A stretch of 64,000 nucleotides of DNA from NCBI GenBank assembly GCA_977017645.1, contig OZ360236.1:6138001-6202000 (forward strand), in the 5' to 3' direction. The stretch comes from Torpedo marmorata. Lineage: Eukaryota. Below are positions 24,716 to 35,870 of the stretch, one piece after another. A program made the position numbers and the translations under genes. The notes beneath the pieces were generated by a model, which made no database searches, was not told where the DNA came from, and was given only the letters and a program-made list of their open reading frames with translations. Each line of letters starts with the position of its first letter. Position 1 is the stretch's first letter.

Positions 24716-25764
24716 TTTAACTCCATTCTACCCTGAGTGCCTGGTTAGGCTTTTAGAAACAAATCTCATCTTTGACCTCTGCCCAGTTCCTGTAGCCCTG
24801 GACGTTTCCAAATTGAGAATTTATCCAGGTCCCTGTGTACTTTCACATAGAGGTCTCTCTGTTCTCCTTCACTCCAAAATACCCCAGGTCTATCCTGCAC
24901 TTGCACTTGTCTACGGATCATGTCCGTTCCATTAGAGTTATATTCCCAGTTGATCGAAATCCTGTAATCTTGCACAACCTTCTTCACTATCCCACCTATT
25001 TTGGCGTCAACCGCAAACTTACTAACCATGCCGCCTGTATCGTTATCCAAATCATTCATAAATATGACAAAGAACAGGGGATCCAGCACTGATCCCTGTG
25101 GTACACCACTGGTCACAAGCCTGAAATCTGATAAACAACCCTCCACTTCAGTCTCCTGACACAGAGGTCTCAGCAGTGAGAATGCTAAAAGACCAAAGGA
25201 ACTGCTCACACTCACCATCCGAGACTCTCATATTCATGAAATAATATTTATTTATTTATTTGTATGGATGAAATACTTTTTCTGCATGCGTATTGTTTGT
25301 CAGTATGTTAGTTATGTCTGGTTGTATGTCTGCGTGTTTTGCACTGAGGACCAGAGAACGCTGTTTCGTCGGGTTGTACTTGTACAATCAAATGACAATA
25401 AACTTGACGTGACTTGACCCTCACTCCTTCAACCAAGCTAATTTTGTATCCAATTGGTTAACTCGGCCTGGATTCCATGTGATCTAACCTTTGGACTGGT
25501 CATTGTGTTCCTAACTTCGTCTCCGGCACCACTAAAGAAGCTGAGCTCATACTGTCTCAAGGTTAGAGAATACTAGTAAACATCTGCTCACTGCCCGTTC
25601 CAATCTCTTGATAGAAACCATTTGCATTTCAGTGCGATGGCACCATAAACAAATCAAAAAGGCTTGCTAATCTTGCCAAAAAGCTGGTTTTAAATTTCAT
25701 CAGCGTGCTCAGAAAACTGAGTTGGAATGTCTATCCTGGTCTGGAGCATATGAAAGAAATTAAT

Positions 25765-27735
25765 CAGAATTTATTGTCATGAACAAGTCATGAAATTTGG
25801 TGTTTTGCGGCAGCATCATAGTGCAAAAATTCATATTATAACCATCTTACGACATTACTATATATTAAAAAATAGTGCACGAAAAGTAAGGCAGTGTCTT
25901 TGGTTCATTGATTATTCAGGAATCTGATGGCAGCGGGGAAGAAGATGTCCTTGTGCCATTGAGTGCTCGTCTTTAGGCTCCTGTACCTTTTTTCCGATGG
26001 TAGCAGAGTGAAGAGGGCATGGCCTGGGTGGTGGGGGTCTTTGAGGATAGAGGCTGCTTTTTTAAGACACCGTCATGTCCTCGATGGAATAAAGTCTTGT
26101 GCCTGTGATGTCACAGGCCGAGTTAACAACCCTCTGGAGTTTATTCTTGTCCTGGGAGTTGGCGCCTCCGTACCAGGCAGTGATGCAACCAGCCACAATG
26201 CTCTCCACGGTACACCTGTAGAAGTTTACTAGTCTTCGGTGACATACCTAATCTCCTCAGACACCTCACAAAGTATAGTCGCTGGTGTGCCTTCTTTGTG
26301 ATTGCATCAACGTGGAGTCTCCAGGACAGATCCTCGGAGATGTTGATACCCAGGAATTTGAAGTTCTTCACCCTCTCCACTACTGAGCCCTCGATGAGGA
26401 CTGGGTCGTGTTCCCCTGACTTCCTCCTGAAGTCCACAATCATTTCCTTGGTTTTTCTGACATTGAGCGCAAGGTTGTTGTCGTTACACCATTCAACGAG
26501 CTGATCTATCTCCCTCCTGTATGCTTCCTCATTGCCTTTTGTGATTCTGCCGACAACTATGGTGTCATCAGCAAACTTGTAGATGGCATTGGAATTGTGC
26601 CTGGCCACACAGTCAAGATTCAAGATTCAATTTATTGTCATGCAATAAAACAGTGTCATATTACACAAAATTGCTTTTGCCTGCTGTAAGGCAGACAGAT
26701 TCGCCATTGGCAGAAATTGCCTGAACTGCCTCTTACAGTCAGAGAAAGAGAAGCAAAAGAGTGTCACCCAGTGTCCGTAGATTCGCATCCAGTGCTTCTG
26801 CAGCCTCTGCAGCCACACAGAGTCCAGTCCAAACCATTGGCAACCCGAGCTCCAGATCTGAACCTCCGACACGGTCAGGAACCCTTCAGTGCCTTCGGCA
26901 CCCCCTCGCATCCCGGTTCCGATACCTGGTACCCCTTCCGCCAGTTAGAGCAGTCTCCAGCAAGTCTCCCGACAGCAGTCTCCAGCAGCCCACAGCTTCC
27001 GCGGGTTCCTCGCCTCGAGTCGCCAGCAGCCCGCCGCATGTATTGGTCTTTCAGCCGCAGAGCCCCCTCACTGGTCCGCCGCCGTGGTCACCGTCCTGTG
27101 GGTCGTCTCCTCTGCTTCTCCTTCTCAGACGGGGGATGGTCTCCCCGTATTCTGGTGTCCTGCGCCAGTCCTCCGCTCCCCTGAAGTTTGCAACCCCTCG
27201 TGGCTGCTGCGGATCAGAGGCGCTGCCATCTTGGGCGCAGACCCCGCGGTCGCGGGATTTTAAATAAAACTACCATTGGCTCCTTTGCGGAGCTGATGGC
27301 AGTTGACTGGGCGGTTGGACCCCGCGGGAGCGCTGTATCTCCGCTCCCCGCGGGTCTGCACCAGCGGCAGCGCTGCCGTTACATTGGCTCTGGCAGCGCC
27401 GCCATGGGTGTTATAACAAGTAGAGCAGTGGGCTAAGCACGCATCCTTGGGGTGCGCCTGAGTTGATAAACAGTGAGGAGGAGACGTTGTTTCCAATTCG
27501 TACTGACTGGTCTTCCGATGAAAAAGTCGAGGATCCAGTTGCAGAGTGGGGTACAGAGGCCGAGAGTTTGTAGCTTCTTGACCAGCACTGAGGGAATAAT
27601 GGTATTGAAGGCCGGGCTGTAGTCGATAAAGAGCAGCCGTATGTATGAATTGCTGTTTCGAGGTGATCCAGAGCTGAGTGGAGAGCCAGCGATATTGCAT
27701 CTGCTGTGGAGCGATTGTGACGATAGGCGAATTGC
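25765..27735 (-). mobile_element. Rex-Babar LINE split by an insertion at 26613-27405
   Basis: Reverse complement of the 11867-13328 family; sequence resumes cleanly across the insertion (cacacagtca|tgggtgt). Confidence 0.9.
26613..27405 (-). mobile_element. Non-coding retroposon, copy 3
   Basis: ATGGCGGCGCTG start and (TTGAATC)n tail; both boundaries are defined by the host LINE. Confidence 0.85.
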
Positions 27736-27984
27736 CTATCGTCACAATCGATTTGTGACAATTTGATGAGTTAATAAATTGTCCAGGTATTTATTGACCA
27801 TTACCTATGAGAACTTGCAGAATTTTGTAATTCTCTAAAATGCATGCAAATGGAAGCTGCTTTACAAAATACTGAAAGCAGGAGCCCCTTCTTCCCTCCT
27901 CCCCCCACATTTTTATTCAGGCACCTGCCTGCTTTTTGCTCATACCTTGAACAAGTGCTCGGGTCTGAAATGTGGTTTTAATTT

Positions 27985-28227
27985 TTTTAAATTTAGACAT
28001 ACAGCACGGTAACAGGCCCTTCTGGCCCACGAGCCCGTGCCACCCAATTACACCCAATTAAACTACAACCCCTGGCATGTTTTGAACGGTGGGAGGAAAC
28101 TGGAGCCCCCGGGGAAAACCCACGCAGACACGGGGAGAACGTACAAACTCCTTATAGACAGCGCGGGATTTGAATCCCGGTCCCGATCGCTGGTGCTGCA
28201 ACAGCGTTGCACTAACAATGCTGCGCC
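27985..28227 (-). mobile_element. V-SINE (HE1-like)
   Basis: Reverse complement of the 11089 family; inserted into a pLTR fragment. Confidence 0.8.
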
Positions 28228-30799
28228 ATATATCTTTTCCCACTCTGGATGCTGCGGGACCTGCTGTGTTTCTCCAGCACTTTTGTGCATTTAGATAAAT
28301 AGTGTGATTGATTCATTTAAAAAAAAAAATAATCAGAAACTGGTACCATGCCAGGTGCAGTTTGTGACAGAAGCAAACAGTTATTAAATTTGCAGATTAT
28401 TTATGGGTGGAGCTGTGGGCACATTCTTTGTTTGTCATGAATTGTCCTATTATTATTAAAGTAACTTTCATTCATCAAACATTAATAATGGTTTCTGTTG
28501 GCAAAGCAGTTTTGGCATAATTAATATTATCCCTCTGGCATCTTAATTTGGTTTGTGTAGAATTATTTGAAATACAGGTCGTTGGCAAAAAAGCAGCAGG
28601 GAAATGAGCAGTTTGTTTTGTGCAGTAGGTTCTAATGAGCTGTCTGCAAGGAGTGTGGAAGTGGATACAGCTGTAAATAGAGGAACATGAGGTGTTCCTC
28701 TGCTAGTTCCAAGGGCATGAGACAAATGAGGGAATCATTCAGAGATGACTCTAGGAACAAGGGTTTTGCCCTGGCTGCTACGGTATTTACTTCAATGAAA
28801 ATAAATCATCTTTCATTTTCATTGTGAATCTTGTTTCTCTCTAAGCACTGATCTCAGCATGCTTCACACACTTGAATTGGACAGGAAGGGTTAAGGAGAG
28901 GGGTTCTGCTTCTTTCATCTGGCTGGAAGGATAGCTGCTTTTAGCTAAGTTTAAAATTTAACAGGCATTTAGTTGCAGGGCAAGGGATGGAACAGAAACT
29001 TGAATTCTGAGGTTTTTTTTAACGTTAATTCAATGAATCACCTTTTAAACTTTTTTAACTCCATAGAAAACACACACATTATGGAAGTAAATCACGAAAA
29101 TCTGTAGACACCGTGGTTGAAGTAAAAACACAAAATGCTGGAGAAGCTCAGCAGGTCAAACAGTGTTTATGTAGCAAAAGTAAAAATACATAACTGATGT
29201 TTCGGGCTTGAGCCCTTCATCAAGGTATGAGAGAATGCCGGCAGGTGTCCGAACAAAAAAGGTAGGGGGAGGGGGGGTGGCAAAGGCAGGAGATGATAGG
29301 TGGAGAGAGGAGGGAGGGGACAGCAGCAAGGAGGGAGGGGATAGCAGCAATGAGGGGGAGGAGGGATGGCTGGGTAGGGAGGGGAGGGGAGAACTGGAAA
29401 GACTGGATGGGGAGGGTAAAGAAAAGGCGAGCAAGTTCAGCAGAAAGCAGAGAAATCAATGTTGAGGAAATCTGGTTGGAGAGTGCCCAGACGGAAAATA
29501 AGGTGTTGTTCCTCCAATCTGCGGGTGGTCAGGGTGGGATAGTACATAAGGCCATGGACAGACATGTGAGCTTGGGAGTGTGACTCAGAATTGAAATGGT
29601 TGGCTACTGGGAGGTCGCTGTTGTTGCGGACAGAGAGGAGGTGCTGAGCGAAGCGATCTCCCAATCTGTGATCGGTTTCTCCAATGTAGAGAAGGCCACA
29701 AAGGCACCACTGGATGCAGAAAATAAGTCCTGTGGATGTACAAGTGAAGTGTTGCTTCACTTGAAAAGCCTGTTTGGGGCCCCGGACTGTGGTGAGGGAG
29801 GAGGTGTGGGCGCAAGTGTTGCACCTCTTGCGGCCACAGTAGAAGGTGCCGGGGGGGGGGGGGGGGGGGGGTGGGATAGGTGGGGTGGGATGAGTGCACG
29901 AGGGAATCACGGAGGGAGCGGCCCCTACGGAAGGCCGAGAGGGGAGGAGAAGGCAAAATGTGTCTGGTGGTGGGATCTTGTAGTAAGTGCCGGAAATTCC
30001 AGCGGATAATGTGTTGGATGCGGAGGCTGGTAGGGAGGTAGGTGAGGATGAGGGGGATTCTATGTTTGTTGCGTCTGGGGGCAGAGGGGGCCAGGGCCGA
30101 TGAGCGGGAAATGGAGGAGATGCGGGTGAGGGCTGAGTTGATAGTGGTGGAGGGGAAGCCACGTTTGTGGAAGAAGGCAGACATTTCGGAAGATCTGGAC
30201 TAGAAGACCTCATCTTGGGAACAGATGAGGGGGAGATGGAGAAATTGAGAGAAGAGGATGGAATCCTTGCAGGGGACAGGGTGTGAGGATGTGTAGTCAA
30301 GGTAGTTGTGGGAGTTGGAGGGTTTGTAGTATATGTCGGTGGAAAGCTTGTCTCCCGAGATGGAGACAGAGAGATCCAGGATGGGGAAAGTGTTATCGGA
30401 GATGGACCAGGTGAGTTTGAGATGGGGTGGAAGTTGGCCGCGAAGTGGATGAAGTTGACAAGCTCATCGCGCGTGCATGAGGCAGCTCCGATGTAGTAAC
30501 CTTGCCGAGGCCAGTCGACAGTTCTCACACACCTCCTCCTATCGACCCCTCCCACAGGACCCCACCACTACACATCAAGCCACCATCTCCAACCTCATCA
30601 CCTCTGGTCACCTCCCCCCCACGGTCGCCAACCTCATTCTCTCCCACCCCCATACTGCCCTTATCTACCTTCTACCCAAGATTCACAAACCCAACCATCC
30701 GGGTAGACCCATTGTTTCTGCCTGCTCTTGCCCCACCGATTTAGTTTCATCTTACCATGACTCTATCTTTTCTCCCCTGGTCCAATCCCTTGACCACCA

Positions 30800-31963
30800 T
30801 GTGACGAATGTGCTATGATTAATCTTTAGTTTAATTTTAAAACTATATTTCATCTAGATATGGCTTAGTAAGTTAGTTTTGGGTGGTTTCAGGGGCACAA
30901 AGACAATACATTTGCATTTTAAACACACATGGATCTTTGAGATGGCAGATGGCGAGCCATTTGCAGAGACGGAATGTCTGCTGATTGCAGTTGAAGCCAA
31001 GAGATGAAAGGCTTTATGATGGCTCTTGAGATACTGAAAACAATAGGTGTTGGCTCAGAAGCACCTGTGTAAATGCACAGCCATTTTGCTTACATGTGGG
31101 CAGACATCACGGAGGCATATTCTCATTAACTTTTGTAGAAGTTGGAATTTCAAACACTCAGGAAAATATTTGGTCAAACGCAGGAAGGCATAAGTGGACA
31201 GAGATGCTTTTAGCACATAAGTGTGAAGAAGACATTATGAACTTCAAAGACAAATGATGTCACATACCATGTGACATGAGAGAGTTGCAAGAAATATATT
31301 ATTGAAATCAGTGATAAAGGGGTCAGTTGAAGAGAACTTGCCGTCCTGTTGAGACACAGGATTGATAAAGCAGCAATATTTCCTATATAGAAGGAAGTTG
31401 TCTGTGCTCGCCTTAATAAAAGGAGGAACACCAAAAGTGGTATTTTAAAATAAATATCCACTCCGACTACCTCTAAGAAAAGAGGGCAGCCTCGTATGTT
31501 TCTTTTGATTAAGAAAGAAATCATCGTGGAAAACAGACTCCGGAACTCTTTGGCAAGGTAAGAGGGAGTTTGTAAAATCACTCGTATGAAGGAATATCTC
31601 TCTGAAAGACAACTCATCAAAAGACTTGAGTTTAAAAGATCCGAAGATATGACATGTAAAAGCGCCTCATAATTAATTCTGAACTGCGATTTAATGAATC
31701 TTCAAGCAACATAATGTTGAAGTTTAAAATTGACTTTTCAGAATCAAGCTCAAACTGTAATGGTTTGGATTCTTAACACACACATATACATATTTACATT
31801 TGCGCATAGTGGGGTTTAAGTTAGAGTTAAGTTTAGAGATAAGTAAGAAATGTTATGTTATTAATAGTTTAATAAAAACTATTATTTTAAATTTACCATT
31901 GTCTGGTGAATTTTCCATTGCTGTTCCTTTGTTAGTACTAGCAAGGTTTGTTAGTTCGTAAAA
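30800..31963 (+). mobile_element. Solo LTR inserted in the Penelope RT
   Basis: TGTGACGAA start and TTCGTAAAA end (degenerate ..CA), AATAAA near the 3' end, host RT resumes after it; 3' part matches the 50879-51889 copy. Confidence 0.75.
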
Positions 31964-33295
31964 ACCTACATCTGCGACACCTCACATGCCCTCCATCTCC
32001 TCAATGACTTCAGATTCCCCGAACCGGACCACTTCATCTTCACTATGGATGTCCAATCCCTTTATACCTCCATCCCCCACTCAGAAGGTCTGAAAGCACT
32101 GCTTCTTCCTGGACCAAAGACCCGACCAGTCACCCTCTACCACCACCCTCCTCTGCCTGGCAGACTTTTCCTCACTCTAAATAACTTCTCCTTTAACTCA
32201 TCTCACTTCCTCCAAATTAAAGGAGTAGCCATGGGTACCTGCATGGGTCCCAGCTACGCCTGCCTGTTTGTGGGCTTTGTGGAGCAATCCATGCTACAAG
32301 CCTACACAGGCAAGACCCCTCAACCCTTCCTCCAGAATATCGACGACTACATCGGAGCTGCCTCATGCACTCGCGATGAGCTTGTCAACTTCGGCCAACT
32401 TCCACCCCGATCTCAAACTCACCTGGTCCATCTCCGATAACACTCTCCCCTTCCTGGATCTCTCTGTCTCCATCTCGGGAGACAAGCTTTCCACCGACAT
32501 ATACTACAAACCCTCTAACTCTCACAACTACCTTGACTACACATTCTCACACCCTGTCCCCTGCAAGGATTCCATCCCCTTCTCTCAATTTCTCCGTCTC
32601 TGCCGCATCTGTTCCCAAGATGAGATCTTCCAGTCCAGATCTTCCGAAATGTCTGCTGCCTTCCACAAACGTGGCTTCCCCTCCACCACTATCAACTCAG
32701 CCCTCACCCTCATCTCCTCCATTTCCCACTCATTTTCCATGGCCCCCTCTGCCCCCAGACGCAACAAACATAGAATCCCCTTCATCCTCACCTACCAGCT
32801 TCCGCATCCAACACATTATCCGCCAGAATTTCCGGCATTTACTACAGGATCCCACCACCAGCCACATTTTTCCTTCTCCTCCCCTCTCGGCCTTCCGTCA
32901 GAACCGCTCCCTCCGTGATTCCCTCGTGCACTCATCCCTCCCCACCTATCAACCCCCCGGCACCTTCCACTGTGGCCACACCTCCTCCCTCACCACGGTC
33001 CGGGGCCCCAAACAGGCCTTTCAAGTGAAGCAACACTTCCCTTTTACATCCACCGGTCGCAGATTGGGAGATCGCTTCGCTCAGCACCTCCTCTCCACCT
33101 GCAACAACAGCGACCTCCCAGTAGCCAACCATTTCAATTCTGAGTCACACTCCCAAGCTCACATGTCTATCCAAGGCCTTATGTACTATCCCACCATGAC
33201 TACCCGCAGATTGGAGGAACAACACCTTATTTTCAGTCTGGGTACTCTCCAGCCAGATGGCCTTAACATTGACTTCTCTGCTTTCTGCTAAACTT

Positions 33296-34836
33296 TTTTT
33301 TTTTTTTTAAATATTTTATTTACATTTTTAAATCACACATTACATAAAATAATTTTGCATATAATTCTTAAAAAATACATGTGATTACATTTTCTCCCCC
33401 CCTTCCCACCCTCCCCTCCCCAGCCCCTATATCCCCCTAATCTAAAGTTAAAATAAAATAAAATAATAATGAAAAAAAAAAGAAAAGAAAAGATAGAAAT
33501 ATAGAGTGAGGAGTCAATAGGCTTAAAAAACTAATATATCTTAGAGGTTATTTTGCCGGCGGATCTGATATCCAGAGAGTTTACAATGTTAATCCCATAA
33601 TCCTCATATATGGGCCCCAAATTTTCAAAAAAGAATGATATTTATTTCGTAAATTATAAGTAATTTTTTCTAATGGTATACATGACCGTAACTCTGCATG
33701 CCATCGCTCTAAATTTAAATCAACATCTGATTTCCAAGTAATAGCTATACATTTTTTTGAAACTGCTAATACTATACGTAAAAATTCTACTTGATACATA
33801 TTTAATCTGTCTAATACTAAATTTTTTAATGTCTCCAAACAAAAATAACATAGGATCCATTGCAACTTCAACATTAAAAATTCTTTCTAAAAATTTTTTA
33901 ACTTTCAACCAAAAATCTTGAATTTTTGGACATGACCATGTACAGTGTACAAAAGATCCTGTTTCAGTTTTACATCTAAAACACATATCTGATAACGCTG
34001 GATTAAATTTCTTCAATTTTTTAGGTGTCAAATACAATTGATGAAAAAAATTATATTGTACTAATCTATATCTCACATTAATGACTTTTGTCATACTTAA
34101 TTTACATAAATCTTTCCAATGGTTTTCATCTATATTAACATTCAAATCTAATTCCCATTTCAATCTAGACTTATGCACTCCTACTTTAGACATCTTTCTT
34201 TGAAACAACTTATACATTTGTGATATAAATTTATTAACATTAACTTTAGTAATTAATAATTCCAATTCATTTTGTCCTGGTATTGGTAATTCATTCCCTA
34301 ATCTCTCAATCAAAAAAGCTTTAACTTGAAAATAAACTAACATTGTGTTATCTAATATATTAAATTTTTCTTTTAACCTCTGAAAAGTAATAAATCTACC
34401 TGCTTCAAAACAATCTTTTAAAGTCTTAATTCCCTTTAAAAACCATAATTTAAGTAACTGATTATCCATAGAAAATGGTAAAAGCGGATTCTGATATATT
34501 GGTGTATTTAAAGAAATTAATCCTTTTTGACCTATCTCTTTGTCTACTTGTGACCAAATTTCCAACAGATGTTTAATAATTGGTGTATTTTTCTTTTTAA
34601 GTAACAATAATTTAGAACTCCATTTATAAATAATATCTTCTTTATGTGTTTCTCCCATATTATTCAATTCTATATTAATCCAAGCAGAAGATTTATTTAA
34701 ATCAAAGAATTCATTAATAAACTTTAATTGAGCCACTTTATAATAATACTGAAAATTGGGAAGTTGTAGCCCTCCCATCTCATAATTCCATGTTAATTTA
34801 TCTATACTTACTCTTGCCAACTTTCCTTTCCATAAA
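33296..34836 (-). mobile_element. L1-clade LINE, 5'-truncated
   Basis: ORF2 C-terminus GGLQLPNF..CFRCKTETGSFVHCTWSCPKIQDFW; poly(A) tail; 16-bp TSD GCTTTCTGCTAAACTT (33280-33295, 34837-34852); very AT-rich. Confidence 0.92.
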
Positions 34837-35048
34837 GCTTTCTGCTAAACTTGATCGCCTTTTCTTTCCCATCCCCCTATCCAGTCTTTCCAGTTCTCCC
34901 CTCCCTTCCCCCTTTCCCACCCAGCCATCCCTCCTCCCCCTCATTGCTGCTGTCCCCTCCCTCCTCTCTCCACCTATCATCTCCTGCCTTTGTCACCCCC
35001 TCCCCCCTGCTTACCATTTTTTGTTCAGATGCCTGCCGGCATTCTCTC

Positions 35049-35091
35049 ATACCTTGATGAAGGGCTCAAGTCCGAAACGTCGGTTATGTAT
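35049..35091 (+). ncRNA. Minimal hammerhead-ribozyme-like motif in a Penelope pLTR (variant core)
   Basis: ATACC-TTGATGA-A-GGGCTCAAGTCC-GAAAC-GTCG-GTT-ATGTAT. Penelope pLTRs are known to carry minimal hammerheads, but this core departs from CUGANGA. Confidence 0.5.
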
Positions 35092-35870
35092 TTTTACCTT
35101 TGCTACATAAAGAACACTGTTGATCTGCTGAGCTTCTCCAGCATTTTGTGTTTTTACACACATTATGGAAGTGGGTATGAACAGGAAAAACTTGATGTCC
35201 AATTTACACCTTATAACGAGATGTGTAATCATTTGCTTGGACTCTTATCCAAGCTATGCTAAATGCAGGCTCCTTTTGCTGCACAATTTCCATAGCACCA
35301 GTGCATCTCGTTAATAGTTTAAGAGATTTGGAGTCTGGAGAGGAAGAAAGTTGACGTGTCTGGTCAATGACCTTTCATTAGAGCTGGGTAAAGTTTAAAA
35401 CAATGCACATGTTTTAAGTTGTAAAGAAGTAGGAGCTTGCTGGTGAAATGTCTTTGATAGGGTGGAGACCGACAAGAGTGAATGATCCAAATGTTAATGG
35501 TGCAGGTTGAATGAGGGGGCTCGAGACGTTTGTTACCTGACCCTAACCCTTTTCCATATTGACCTCCGGTTTCCATTAGCTGCTCCCCCCCCCCTCCCCC
35601 GCCATCTTTCCCTGTGTCTCCTTTCCTCCAGCTCTGTCTCTCTTTCTCTCTTCCCTTTTCCCTCTGTCTCATTTCACAGAGCCAGAAACAACCCTCCCTC
35701 CCCCAATCAACTCTCACCTTTCCTCTCTTCTTTTCATATCCAATTAACACCTTTTGTCTGTTGGTCTGCACTCCTCTCCCTCCCATTCTTCTCTTTCCCC
35801 CAGCCTTTAATTCAGACGCCTTGCCTGCTTTTTACTCATACCCGGAAAAGGGGCTCAGGCCCGAAACTTT

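Larger units (their letters stand above)
29089..35155 (+). mobile_element. Penelope-like retroelement with inverted 5' arm, bounded by a TSD
   Basis: 17-bp direct repeat ACACACATTATGGAAGT at 29072-29088 and 35156-35172. Minus arm at 29089-30497; plus-strand RT (YLLPKIHKPNHPGRPIVS, MDVQSLYTSIP, QIKGVAMGTCMGPSYA, NIDDYIG) and GIY-YIG at 30498-33291; pLTR at 34837-35155. Confidence 0.92.

Noticed and set aside
29437-30555. 372-aa ORF as an intact GIY-YIG gene
   Set aside because: Only the C-terminal part is in the Penelope frame; the rest is off-frame across a G/C homopolymer.
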